From Fimicolochytrium jonesii (taxonomy: Eukaryota): a DNA stretch of 64,000 nt. Shown here one piece after another: positions 24,886 through 37,226 of this stretch. Under the pieces are notes generated by a model. That model ran no database searches, was not told the DNA's origin, and saw only the letters and a list, made by a program, of their open reading frames with translations. Where the stretch lies: the NCBI RefSeq assembly GCF_025526975.1, contig NW_026515677.1:124001-188000 (forward strand), given 5' to 3'. Position 1 is the first letter of the stretch, and every line of letters starts with the position of its first letter. Made by a program: the position numbers and the translations under genes.

Positions 24886-26442
24886 ATGGAATTCCATCCA
24901 GCAGAACAACCACCAGCAACAGTCACTGCAATCCCAATGTCCGTGCCAACGACCACCACCGCCACCCCCGCCCCCATCACCCCTGCACCGCTCACAACCA
25001 CCACCAGCACAGTCCCCGACGCAACAGCCAACACCCACCTCACAATAAACTTTGGCACCCAGGAGAACTACGAGGCCTTTCGAAAGCATGTTAGGGAGGA
25101 TCCCACCTTTTTGAAATTGAGATCCCAGGAACTGACAGACTGGTGGTTGGTCAAATTCTTTGATGGGGCGAGAGGGAATACGGAGTTGGCATTGAAGATG
25201 TTGGAGAGGACTCTTGTAAGTTGAAGGGACGCGAGCGATAGGGGGCGGTTGCTCGAGGTTCCGAGCGATAGCCGAGCGATAGCGAGAAGAGTGACTGAGG
25301 TTCGCGAGCGAAGCGAGGTGCAGGGATGCTTCGGTCTGGGAGACCCATAGGTCGACCATAGCGAATGCCTTCTGGTTTGCGATGTGAGCGCGAGCAATAG
25401 CGAACCGCGAGCATTGCAAACGGCTTCGCGAACGACAGCGAAGCGCGAGCGGCGCACTTGCGCCAAAGGCGCAAGACTCCCGTCACCGCATTACTTAGCG
25501 AGCTTCGCACATTCGCGGCCCGACCTCCTCGTAATTCGCGAGCGGAGCGAGCAGGGTATCGATCATCCATATAACCATCCATCAACCATCCAATCGCATC
25601 GCAACTGACATTCATTTTCCCTCATTTTTTTATTTTCATTTTAGCAATGGAGGATAGACTATAAGTATTCTTCGCTCCGCACGGAGGACTTTTCCGCGGA
25701 CCACGCGACCGGCAAACTGTACTTCCATCACTTCACAAAAGACTCGACCCCCGTGCTGATCTGGCGCATCTGCCGCCACAAAGCCGACCCCAAGAACGTC
25801 GAACACACCGTTCGCTTCATCGTCTCGTTTCTCGAAAAGGGCACGCGGGAAGGGATCATCACCTCCCGCCTCACCCTGCTGATCGACCGCGTCGGCAGCG
25901 TGAACGAGAACGTGGAGGGGATCGCGTTTTTCCGGAGCTTGACGCACGTGTTGCAGACGCATTTCCCCGAGATGCTGCAGCGGTTGGTGATCTTCCCCAC
26001 CAACTGGCTGCTGTGGACGGTCTGGAAGGTCGTCAAACCCTTCCTGGACGCCTCGGTCGTCGAGCGGTTATCCCTCCTTGGCCCGAAGGAGTATAAACAG
26101 GTGTTGCAGGACCTGATCAGCGCGGAGCATCTGTCGCCGCGGTATGGCGGGACGAGCGTGGATTGGACCGAGGCCGTTGGCGGCGGCGGCGGCCATGTCG
26201 AGGAGTCCGATGACGACGACCCTCACATTGAGAACGGTAAACAAGCCCCCGGCCGCGACTCCGGTGTATCCGTCTCGGCCGTCTCGCTCGACGGCCTGCA
26301 TATCTCGAAGAAGGCGGACCACTCCTCGTCCTCGCACAGTCGGTTTGGGAAGGCGGCGGGGGGGTGGGGTGTTGGGAGCAAGATGAGGAGGATGTTCAAG
26401 GACGCGAAGGAGGGGAAGGAGGGGGGACAACAGCATTCTTAA
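24886..26442 (+). CDS. CRAL-TRIO (Sec14-like) lipid-binding protein; exons 24886-25215 and 25645-26442
   Basis: DWWLVKFFDGARGNTELALKMLERTL|QWRIDY..GKLYFHHFTKDSTPVLIW..LQTHFPEMLQRLVIFPTNWLLWTVWKVVKPFLD; phase-0 intron 25216-25644. Confidence 0.9.
25216..25644 (+). repeat. 429-nt intron carrying the hairpin-rich intronic repeat family (most complete copy)
   Basis: Shares blocks with the YTH1 intron (25330-25345, 25457-25506) and the ABC1 intron (25518-25610). Confidence 0.8.
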
Positions 26443-27179
26443 GCACGATTTGGGAACGGTGTAGTGTAGTCGTAGATGGGATTAGAACGTTTTAAACCCA
26501 AGAAACGAACGAACAGAGACTCTCCACCCCACTTTCATCCCCCGGACCGCCCCCCCGCCTTCCACTTCCGCCTTCCCCCTCTTCGCCAACATGTGACGGC
26601 GACATACATCGAACCAGTTTAATCGTTCAGGACATAAAGGCCTGATCAGAAGAACTCATATATATATATGTACGCCTCGCTTCCCACATATCATCGACGC
26701 CCCGTTTGTAAATATATTATCCTTCCTGTAACGACCGATCTCTGCTTCCGATGGTGAGCTTTGCGTCCTACCCGCAGGTTGTCCTTTCATATGCGGCAGC
26801 GCGCGTTTCATGGAGGCCTTCTCGCCTCCCCATCGCAGATCTACCTGCCCAACTCGTCTATCTGTCTATCTACCCTGCACTCCGTGTACCGCCATTTGCG
26901 CCCGAGACTCGGGCGCGGATGGCCCGACGTGCATGCCGTGACGGCCATCCGACGACGATCGGGGTGCCTGAGCCTGAAATCTCCCTTCGCGCATGGTGCG
27001 GTGTGACCCTATACGACCCGGCGGGGAGGTTTTCCGCTCTATCCAAACGGGGGCGATGCTCTCCTCCGTCCGGCGTCTCGATGACAGATATCCGCCGGCG
27101 GGGGCAGCCAGTCGTTTCCCTCGACTCCAGCCATGTCCCAAAAACCCTGGAAGACAGGGTGGAATCCAGGGGGTCCCTC

Positions 27180-28589
27180 TCACTCCGCTGGCTTCACCGC
27201 CTCCCCAGGGTTACCACCCCGCAAAGGCTTCCGGAACTTCCCCTGCAACCACACCCTGTACATCTTCAACTCCCGCTTCCGATTCACAATCAACCTGCGA
27301 TCAACCGCGTTCTGCTCCACAACGAAGTCCTTGAACATCCCTGCAACCTCATCTACAATGAAAATAGTCATAGGGGTTAGATACGCGAAGAGAGCTGTGG
27401 TCTTTCTCGGGAGGGGGTTTCCTTACCCTGCGTGAAGAAGTAGACACGAGTGCCGTCACCGCGGATGTAAAAGTTGTCTTCGAGCATGCGGCCGCCTTTT
27501 AGGCGGAGTTGGGCGAGGTCGTAGCGGCCGTAGTCGCGGAAGAGGAGGAGGCCGCCGGGTTTGAGGACGCGGTGGATGTTGGATACTGCTGTTTTCCATG
27601 AGCTGGACAAACAGGATAGGGGAATCGGGGTCAGTGAAAGTGCTCCTGTACGCAAAACAAGACCCTGACTTTGCATACCTGGGATGTATTGCGGAGAGGA
27701 CAAAGATGCAGGTGCAGATGTCGACGGATTCGGGGGCGATGTTGGGTGGTTCTTCCGAGGTGATATCTGTGCATACGGATATCGGTTTAGGACCATGCCT
27801 CTGTTTTCGCGGTTCCCATCTCGCAGGGTATACTTACCGTAAACAAACGCTCGACATTTGCTCTCGTCGTATTCCGGGTTACTCTGATTCATGAATGCAT
27901 AAGAATCCGCCAAACCCTCATCAATACCCAATCCACGCCAAGAGCATCGTCAAAACCCTCCCCTCGACCAGCCAGCCCACCCACCTTAACAACATCCACA
28001 GCAACCGCCGAATAATCACTCGCCCACACAAACAATTCCTTCCCCTCGGCGGCCCCAATCAACGGAAACACCGTGTTCCCGGCCCCACACCCAATCTCCC
28101 ACACGGTGAACCTCCCCTCCCCGTCCTCCCCTTCCTTCCGCTCGGGCAACCCCGCGAAGATCTCCGGAAACTCGATCCGCAGCCAGTTCCGGTCCTTGAA
28201 GAATCGATTCGTGTTCTTGGCGTAGAATGCGTCCCACATGCGCGAGGCCTCCGTGTCGTATTTCTGCACGAGGTCCGCGGGGACCGGGTTGGCAGCCTGT
28301 TTGGCGATCAATTCCAGAGCGGTGGATTCTTGCTCCGCGTCCCATTCTACATTGTCCCTGGAGGGTCCCACGGGAGGTTGACCAAGTGGTAATGGGCATG
28401 GACGAACACGGACGAGTTGGTTACGTACCAGGCGTTGAAATTATACACATCCTCCTCGCTGTCCAGGAACCGGGTGCCAAAGTCGCTTACGCTGGAGACC
28501 TGCTTTTTGACATGCTCCTCTGGTCGGTTTGGGGGAGGTAGGGTCGGCTCGGTGGTGGTCGCTGGGGGCGAGGCGTCGGTGTCGGCCAT
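27180..28589 (-). CDS. TRM140: tRNA m3C methyltransferase (Trm140/METTL2 family), 6 exons
   Basis: [92 protein letters not shown]; introns 28358-28428, 27884-27984, 27767-27837, 27603-27678, 27353-27426. Confidence 0.93.
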
Positions 28590-29164
28590 GGTTGAGGCTG
28601 CACTAGGTCGACGGCGGGGACGATAACGGGACGTTGCTTTCAGGTGGAGTCGGGGAGATATTGAGCTTCCAGTTCCTTGGCGAATGTCAGAGTTGGCAGG
28701 GATGCGATGAAGAATGTGCTGCTCGAAAAGTTCACAGCAAACCTCGCGCGTTTTGCCCACACAGACGAGCCAGGAAAACATCGGCCCATATACACAAACG
28801 CTAGGTAATGAGGAGGGGCGCCGTCGGCAGCAGCTCAAGTTTCCTGCCATCTCTGGGTTTCAGCAAGACAGGCATTTGTCTGTCCAAGCACAATTGGTGT
28901 GGGGTGAAGTGTGATTCAGAAGGTATATGACATTGATGACCGTCAGTAGACAGAAGCATCATGCAGACTAAAGTATATACATAGATAGCAGAGAGACAGT
29001 CGTATATGGTAAGTAAGGGTAAGCTACAGATAGTATATAGTCTAGAATGATCTCGACAGTTACTCGACAACCACTAAATGTACAACAAAGTGCCCAGGCT
29101 TTTGAGAAAAAGCTGCCGACGGGTAGACATTTGTCCGACTCGAACGTTGAGGCGACCAGCGCCT

Positions 29165-29938
29165 TTAGTAGTTGAACGTGGTGGGGCAGTTGTCGCTGGC
29201 GCCCTTGAGGGGCGCGCCGGCCTTGGCGCCGTTGGGGGTAGCGTAGAGAGCGATGTAGATCTCGGAGATATATCCGCCGACGCAGATGAGCTGGAGTTTG
29301 AGACCGGGGTAGGCCGCCGTGAGGGCATTGCGGAACTGGGTCTTGGTGTACGAGCCGCCCGGTGTGATGTTTGCGTTCTCGAGGGCGGCGCCGATGGGGA
29401 ACTGGTTGCGCAGGCCGAGAACATAGCTAAAGTACTTGTCGAGATCTTGTCCATCTTCAAAGCCGGGGAAGCATTTCTTCGCGGCGGGTGTGAAGCATCG
29501 CCCGTGCTTCTCCCACTCATGTGCCCAGAACACGTTGTTGTCGCCGGTGTAGCTGACCCAGTGCTGGTTCATCTGGTCAACGAGGTCCGAGTCGACCGCC
29601 GACAACGTGTTCGTGATGTCGTCGTAGGTCGGGCCGGCGCACCCGTTGGTCTGGCCTCCCGCGCAGGTGTTGGGCCAGCCGCCGTGCACGGTCCAGTCTT
29701 GGGGCACGTTGTCGATCTGGCAGCTCTTGGTCGCGCAGTAGCCTTGCAGCCATTGTTGGGCGAAGACGATGATGTTGTTAGCGAGGCAGCAGGTATTGGT
29801 GGTGCCGGAGCCGGAGCAGGAGGTGGCGGTGGGCGAGCAGACGGCGCCGGATGCGCGGGGGTTGAAGGGGAGCGTGCTGGCTTGGATGCTGGATGTGAGC
29901 AGGGCCGCGGACAGGATGGTGGTGAATGTGGCGTGCAT
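29165..29938 (-). CDS. Secreted ribonuclease T2, intronless
   Basis: Signal peptide MHATFTTILSAALL; CAS I WTVHGGWP and CAS II FWAHEWEKHGRC; Cys-rich. Confidence 0.95.
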   Translation of the reverse strand: MHATFTTILSAALLTSSIQASTLPFNPRASGAVCSPTATSCSGSGTTNTCCLANNIIVFAQQWLQGYCATKSCQIDNVPQDWTVHGGWPNTCAGGQTNGCAGPTYDDITNTLSAVDSDLVDQMNQHWVSYTGDNNVFWAHEWEKHGRCFTPAAKKCFPGFEDGQDLDKYFSYVLGLRNQFPIGAALENANITPGGSYTKTQFRNALTAAYPGLKLQLICVGGYISEIYIALYATPNGAKAGAPLKGASDNCPTTFNY

Positions 29939-30070
29939 CGTTGATTTGATGTGTGCTCTCGCGATGTGGATGGGCAAAAGAGAGGAGAAGGTTGCGAAGA
30001 GCAGGAGGAGGAGGAGCTCGGAGTCGATGCGGATGCGGATGAAGGAGGACACACCACCAACCCTCCTTCG

Positions 30071-30077
30071 TTTTATA
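30071..30077 (-). promoter_or_regulatory. Candidate TATA box (TATAAAA) of the RNase T2 gene
   Basis: TATAAAA on the minus strand ~135 nt upstream of the ATG in otherwise GC-rich sequence. Confidence 0.45.
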
Positions 30078-32208
30078 AGCCGGCGGATATCCTACAGCAG
30101 AGTCGAATCCTATGGCGGAAAACGTGCCCTGCGTCTGTGCCCGGTCGCTTCGATCACGTTGTGACGGGTGCGAACAATCCCCCCACAATCACGAGAGAAC
30201 CAACGTTTTCCAATGCATATGCCGTCTCCTCCGTGTGCAGCAGATGCATCCCCTCCCAGATCCCCCAGATCCGATCTACAGCATGTACGACGAAACCCCC
30301 TAATTTGAGATCCCATAACGGTGCGCGAAAAGATGCGGCGGTATGCCAACGGTCAACCGGTCATGACTGGCGGGGGCCGCGGGGTGCATGATAGGGAAGG
30401 ATACCCATGCCCTTCCGCAAATACTACGCTTCACAGTACCGGCTAGGGTGGCGAAAGAAAGACACCCTGTCAGCAGTGTCGAGTGAGATCCGCGCAGATT
30501 CCTGCCCCAAATCTTTCGCGGTGTGACGCGCGCGCTGCCATGTTCGAAAAGAAAGATCAACTGCCCCCTTTGGGATCAGACATTCTAAGGATCCACCTGG
30601 TGCCGAGTGGGAAACATGCACGTGCAGACCCGTTCGTCATCGTTTACTCATGCATGCTGCCTGCCAGCAAGGATTCGTGATGTGCTGTACATGAATCAGG
30701 TCTGATGCTCTTCGCAAAGGCCTGGGGTAGTATCTTTCACGCCTATCACAATTTGGCGAGTATGGATCCGGATCGCTTGTGTGTGTTACTGCGACGGTTC
30801 AACGGATGGGGTTTCAGTCAAGAATCAAAAAGGTGACAAGGTTCCCTGACCTTCGCCGTATCAAACGCCCGCTTATCGGCATACCAGCAGGGTATTTCGA
30901 ACGGCACCGTAACATTTCAAAGGTTCCATATTCCTCGTCCCATATTCGAAAAAGAATATGTGTTCCCGTGCCAATGTCACTCGCGCTGATCCGACGTCCC
31001 GTTTGTATCATGAGCGTTAACTTCTCTTAGCAACGCCTAAGTGTGACGGTGTGGTCAGGCTATGGATGGGATCTCGTTGTGGATCAAAGATTGCGGTCAA
31101 CAGTCAGAAAACGGCGATCACCAAAAATTGTGAAATCTGTAGTTTTTCTGAAGGGCCTTTTGGGGCAAAATTCTCCCGATGATGTAATGTCTCAAAACGT
31201 GACCTCGGGGCTCGAGCCTCGGTGACGGTCGCCCAGGTGACGGTCGCCCACAACAATCGGAGCAGAAATGCCTCCCGCTTCGACGGAAACGTTTTCCAGA
31301 AGAGACGGAACGTGATTCTGTGAGCTGTGCACAACTGCAGATTACAAGAGCTCAGACGCTAGCCGTACTGTACGCAAGAACGTTGACTGCGACCTATAAA
31401 GATCAAAAACGTGGTGGAGCATTCCAGAGCGGCGTTTCACCGCAGGTTACCAAACGCCTGATGAGTGCAATTTACATATATAAAGCGTAGTGGTCCGGAA
31501 CATGGCGTTCGACGACGAGTGCAGACTTGAGCAGGTCCACCATGTGCATGTGCATGTAAGTTTGGAGGTCACCGCAGGTGCTTCCTTAGACCGTCAAAAC
31601 ACCTTGGCGAGCTCAGGTGACGCGGATGGCGGGGTGCATCCATAGCAGTCTACATGTTATTTGAGCTTGCTTCATCGTTCCCGGTTGAGTTGAGCCCTCA
31701 GCTTACACCCACCGTCGCGGGATACTCTTCGACGCAAAGACATTGAGTAGGTTGTATCGGAGTCGGGATCGTCCGCCATCACCGGGCGTTTTGTAGGTCT
31801 AGCCGATTTGTACTCGAGGCGAACCCGACGATCTATTGATCTACCCGCCGACTTCGCAGTAACTGCAGCCGTGATGACGAGAGAGGAATCCAAAAAAAAA
31901 TGTAAATATATCCATCTTGTAAAAGGCTACAGTAGTTCTCAACCTCATCTCCCGGAACTCACTCTCTCAACATCGGGAAGATTTGCAAGAGCCCAAGATG
32001 GTGGATGGGGGCCGGGGCCCGCTGGATGCTGGATGACAGGAAAACGAAGGACAGTATCATATTCTCGATCAAAAAGGTGACGTGTCAGTAGGTGTTCAGC
32101 AAACAGATGAGCATTCCAAGCGACCTTCTGCTTTCCCCATGAGTTATATTCATAAATGTAGACATATATGTGGGTGTCGCTAACATGATTGCAGCGTTAA
32201 GATCATGC

Positions 32209-32358
32209 ACGAATCGAACCCTACATAGTATACCTCCTTCTCGGAGGTCGAATCTGAGTTTCAAATTTTCCATACGGACACCCATACGAAACCGACGTCA
32301 TCTACCGGGATATTCCTTCAGTGTTTGCACGGTAGAATCAAGCGCCACGCAGTATACA
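32209..32358 (-). repeat. Dispersed repeat block A; inverted copy at 38163-38300
   Basis: Long near-identical stretches such as ACGAATCGAACCCTACATA and CCTTCTCGGAGGTCGAATCTGAGTT on opposite strands. Confidence 0.9.
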
Positions 32359-33546
32359 TACATTGATTCTGGTCCTGTTCATCTTTTGCGTTCGGGACGA
32401 CGATAGCCATTTGAAGGGCAGAGACACATCTGGCATAACCTACAACTGTCAGCGCTCCAAGATCAAAAGCATGAATAGCCTGACGCGAAACCAATTCCCT
32501 CACCGTGAGGACAACATCGCCGAATAGACATACTTCATGGGAAAGGTGCTGTTCAGCATTGGTAGCAGTTTCTCTTTCGTGCATTTCGGCGCCTTCGCGA
32601 ATTACCAGGATCCTCAGATAGTAGAGAAAAATTTCAGGGTCGGTCTGAAGGCAAGAAGAACTACCAGTGACTAACCTGTGCGAAGGGTACCCGGTAACGT
32701 GTGTGTATCTTGTCTCAGAAGGGTTGCCTCGGCATAAGAAGAGATATGGGGTGAAATGAAAATGTCAGTACCCAATCTGTTTGTGGATCTGACACATGAA
32801 TCGAGAACACGTCTGTTCCAGCGATACGTATTGCATCCCTATGCACAAGTGTGGGTCTCTAGGGTTTAACGCCATGAACCACCTTGCGAGGAAAGCTAAG
32901 CGTCCTCCTACCCGGAATGCGAAGCAAGTTCACGTTACGAACAGAACATGCCAGGGCTGGGGCGTGACAAGGATGGCAGAGTCTGACAGAGCAATCTGCT
33001 CAAGCTATGCACATCTACGCCGCCTTCCGGTTTGAAATGTTAGAGACGAAGCCGCCCCCCGATGCTCAGTATCTTTGATCGCAAGGACATCCAAGAGCTG
33101 GTTAACGAAACAGCTTTGGCTGGGCAGGAGCAACCTCCGAGTCCACTGTTGCCAGTTGCCAGAGTCGTGGATCGGGCCCAGGAAGCGATTACTCATCATC
33201 CTGTCCTTGACAACCCCCAGAAAGATACTGTGGCCTGACACCAATGCTCACCTTTAGAAGAGTATTCTGGGTCGAGTGTACGTGCGTGGGATTTTTTGAG
33301 GGTATTGCGAACTTATGATTGCGAAGATATCCAACCCAGTAAGATTTGTGAGATGTTACGTAAGCCAAACTCCGCTGTGGTTAACCGGTCCTGTCAAAAT
33401 TCTTTGATCTCGGGCCTGTTTCGGGCCACGTCTCGCAAAGAGCAACCATAATATGATCTCGAATTTCAGGAATAAGGTAGCGCCTGTTGTCGCTGTGACT
33501 ATACGTCGTGCTCAATTTCGCTCGCCACTGGAAGTCATGAGCCGCT

Positions 33547-33745
33547 CCAGTAGCCCAACCACTTCTTCGACGACGTCGGAATGCAGTTCGCTCAGCCAGC
33601 CCGGGTTGGCAAGCCCAGCAAGGCTCATTTTGCGGGTATCAATAGCCAGTTACATCGCCGCCGAAAACATCAGCGACTACTCCGAAGCCGCATGGAGGCG
33701 GTATGTGAAACATAACAAGAGAGGGAGTTTTCGGTGCATGCCCGT
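33547..33745. repeat. Dispersed repeat blocks B (33547-33575, direct copy at 38309-38337) and C (33616-33745, inverted copy at 38335-38455)
   Basis: e.g. TTTTGCGGGTATCAATAGCC and ACATCAGCGACYACTCCGAAGCCGC are shared on opposite strands. Confidence 0.9.
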
Positions 33746-34675
33746 GCGGCTGGCTGGGAACAGCCGAAGATCGACATGTTCAAAACAAAGTTCGGACTTC
33801 TACGCAAATCGTTGGTATGTACTCTTTTCCTTCACGAATCTCTCTCTCTTGAGTCTTCTTCCATGAGGGACCTCGTTTCAAGGACTCCGGAGACCATGCA
33901 GGGTGATCCCCTGCAGGTCGACACACTCATCAGGCGAACTCTACGAAGACAATCCTTCTCCGAACCAACGATCTCCCGCCGATAACCTATGCTTCGCCAC
34001 GCCGCCGCGAGGTCTGACGGCCCTCGTGCAACTTTTTTTCAAAGGGGGGTGGCTTGCGAGGCCGGTTCAATAGGGGTGGCATCTACGGTCGCCGTCCTTG
34101 ACGACGGGTGGATGGCGAGCCAAGCCGGGAACGGGGAGAGGGCTGGTGTGGGGGGTGGTTGAGCTCCTTGGGTATGCGGGCAGGATCCGGGCTTCGTTTT
34201 GTGTGGAGGGCATGGCATGTTCTGCACCGCGTAGTCGTAGAAGGCCACCCTTTGCACTGGCCACCTTTGACGCCTGCTGCGTTCATCGGGGGGGTCGACC
34301 GGGGTTCCGTCCCAGGAGCGTGGTCTTTGCTCTGGGACGCTTCAAGGCCCGATTGGGGTGCATGTTGGTCCTTGGAGTCCTCCGGTCCTTCGCGCCCGAA
34401 ACACCTCCTCCTCCTCCTCCAGCACCACCACCACCACGTCCACCACCACCCTCCGACCCCATCGCCCTCAACCACAGACCAACTAAACACTGCCCCTTCA
34501 TCGTGTACTCACTCCCATCCCCGTGTATGCGCCCCTCACGACCCAAAAACATATGTATACACCAAAATCTACATACATCACGACGCGGATTGGGGGGTCG
34601 GGTGCATATACAGCGACCCCGTGATGCGCTATGCGGAGGGGTATGACGGCGGATATGTGTTGGGTGGCCGGCCCT

Positions 34676-36717
34676 TCACACCCCCTCGTCCACCTCGCCC
34701 TCTCCTTCCTCCTCCGTAATCCACCCCTGCCGTCTGCCCGCCCCGTCGTTCCTAACTTCGCCGAGAGTGAACGCGCGGCCCTCCCATCTCCGTCTGCCCC
34801 GTGCTGCCGACGGTGCGCGGCCTGTCCCGGCCGGGGTGTTGAGTTTGCTCGTTATGGGGCCGGGAGCGATATCTGGGGTTGACAAGGGCGTGTCGGCGTC
34901 ACTGGCCTCGTCGTCCTCGAGATCGGGTTGCAGCGCTGCCGGTGCGGCCGACGGGGATGGGGACCCCCGCATGGCATTCATCAACATCCCGCGGCGGCCG
35001 GATTCCAATGTCGCTGAAGAGGGTGACACCGCCGGCGCCTGTGAACTCCCTGGGTGGTGAGATCCGGCGGCACCGGTGCTCCTCCCCCCACGCGACGCGG
35101 GTGGATTCAAACCCCCCGGCGACGACGAGACGGGGATCCCCGTTTTTCGTCTTGCGAGCGCGAGATAGTCGCCCGACGCCATCTCCCGTTTTGGCGGGGC
35201 CGGCGGTGGTGGGTCGGTGGGGGTGCTCCCACCGTTGGTCCCCTTTCCTCCAGTGGTGGAGACGGCGAGGTCGGCGAGCGCGAACGGGGATCTCGTATGC
35301 AGCGGTGACGACGCCAGCACCGAGTCCGGGGACGGCGACGGTGGCGCGACTCCCACTGACCCCGCGTGTTGTTTTCGTTGTTGCTGTTTGGCTAGCGAGA
35401 AATACCACATCGCACAGCTCTGATCACACCTATTCGCCTTCACCGACTGCATCATCGCCGCCGTATCCACCCCCGCCGTCTCCAACGCTCTCAACAGCTC
35501 CAGTTCCGCCGGGGTGGAGAAATCACCCTCCGTCTGCTCCCCGATCGCCGCCGTGTCCCCACCAAACCACCCGTCCCCCAAAATCCCCTTCAGCGTAACC
35601 CTTTCCCTCCCCTCGAGTTTCAACATCGCCCTGATGAGCGCACACGTGTCCGGGGCGAGGAAGGCGGGAAGGTCATAGTCGAGGGCGAGGATTTTGCGTT
35701 TCATTGTGGATTCGTTGTCGTCGTCAAACGGGAGGTAGCCGCAGACCAAAGTGTAGAAGATGACGCCTGTGGTTGAGAAGGTTAGTCGGGGATATGGGGA
35801 ATAAGGAGATGAGAGATGTTACCTAGGGACCAGACGTCGACTTGGGAGCCGTCGTATTGTTTTCCGATGATCATCTCTGCAAAAGGGGGGCAGGAAACTG
35901 GGGTTAGGGCACACGTATCCCACCGTCCCTCGTTCCATGCGCTCAAAAACCCCGTCATATTCGCGCGCAAACATACCTGGCGCAGCATACCCAATCGACC
36001 CACAATAAGTGTCAAGCAGGTTCCGCGGGTTGATTTCCCGGGTGAACCCGAAATCGATCAGTTTGACGTTGAGGGAGTAGTCAAGGAGGACGTTTTCGAG
36101 TTTCAGATCTCTTTGTGATTGGGGGGGAGTGGGGGAAAAAGCCCCAGTTGGTCAGTAAGATTTCCCCCGTGGAAAGACTCCCGTCCAAGCCCAAGAATCC
36201 CCACCCACCCCTTCTGCTCAGTTTTGACCCTTCCCCCTCACCTATGCACAAACCGCCTGTCATGACAATACCCCACGGCCTCCACCAACTGCCTAAACAC
36301 CCTCCTCACATCCGGGCCCGTGTCATCAAACCGCCCATGCGCACACACATAGTCGAACGCCTCGCCGCCCTCACAAAACTCGGTCACCATGTAGATCCTC
36401 GTCTCGCTGGTCATGACCTCGTACAGGCGCGCGATGTTCGGGTGGTGCATGTGTCGCCATGTGGAGATTTCGCGGACGACGGCGGGGGCGTGGATCTTGT
36501 CGACGATCTTGATGGCGACGAGGGTGTTTGTGAGGCGGTGGCGGGCGAGCTTGACTTTGCCGAAGGTGCCTTCGCCGAGGGTGCGGGTGAGGGTGTATCC
36601 GCCGATGGAGGAGAGGGTTGTGGCGCTTAGTTCTTTCAGGAGGTCCGCGGGGGTGCTGGTGGTGAGGCTGCTGTTGTAGGCGGCGGTGGCGGCAGGGGTG
36701 AGTTTCAAGCCTGTCAT
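34676..36717 (-). CDS. Ser/Thr protein kinase, CAMKL (AMPK/MARK-related; resembles fungal Ppk16-like kinases), 4 exons
   Basis: LGEGTFGKVKLA, VAIK, HRDLKLEN, DFG, TYCGSIGYAAPE, DVWSLG; introns 36111-36241, 35877-35976, 35767-35822. Confidence 0.92.
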
Positions 36718-37226
36718 GTGATGTGGAGAGCTGTCAAACGGACGGCTTGGGGAAACGGAACAGGAAGAAGCGTTACCGGCTAAGCGAGAGTTTACCTCCA
36801 AGCGGCGGCGCCATTTTTGCTGTTTGTGTATGAGAGCGGTGTGTATGAGTAGGGAGCGAATGGATGGAAACGGAAGGGCGAACCGCGTGTCCTAAAGTGT
36901 CGATCCCAGTAACTTGTGGGCCCAAGCGGACATACAGTAGTCGTTACAGCCATGCAGCTCGCGATGGGGGGGCTCCCACTGCACGAACTCATATGGTAGC
37001 AGTCCTGTAGGCAAACACGTTCCAAACACGTGCGCGCGGAGACCCCCCGGGGGGGCGAGGGGATTCACACAACAACTGGCAGACGTGCGGCCTTCTTCTT
37101 TCTCGCTCACCCCCGCAACAACCTCACATATACAGTAAGTCACTCCGCTCTATTCTTCTTCTTCTTCTTCTTCTTCAAGTCGTCCCCTACTCCCTCCAAG
37201 TTGCCCCACCGCCCCCCCCAGCGACA

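Noticed and set aside
29078..29944. 288-aa + strand ORF and many similar antisense ORFs across the window
   Set aside because: Shadows of GC3-rich genes on the opposite strand
31221..31250. 15-bp tandem repeat GGTGACGGTCGCCCA x2, considered as a CRISPR-like or terminal repeat
   Set aside because: Only two adjacent units, no spacers, eukaryotic context
30200..33900. Autonomous transposon in the gene-free interval
   Set aside because: No transposase, reverse transcriptase, integrase or Rep/helicase motifs, and no terminal repeats recognised
34040..34720. Overlapping Pro/Gly/His-rich ORFs downstream of the kinase
   Set aside because: Produced by CCT/CCA triplet runs; no consistent frame or domain
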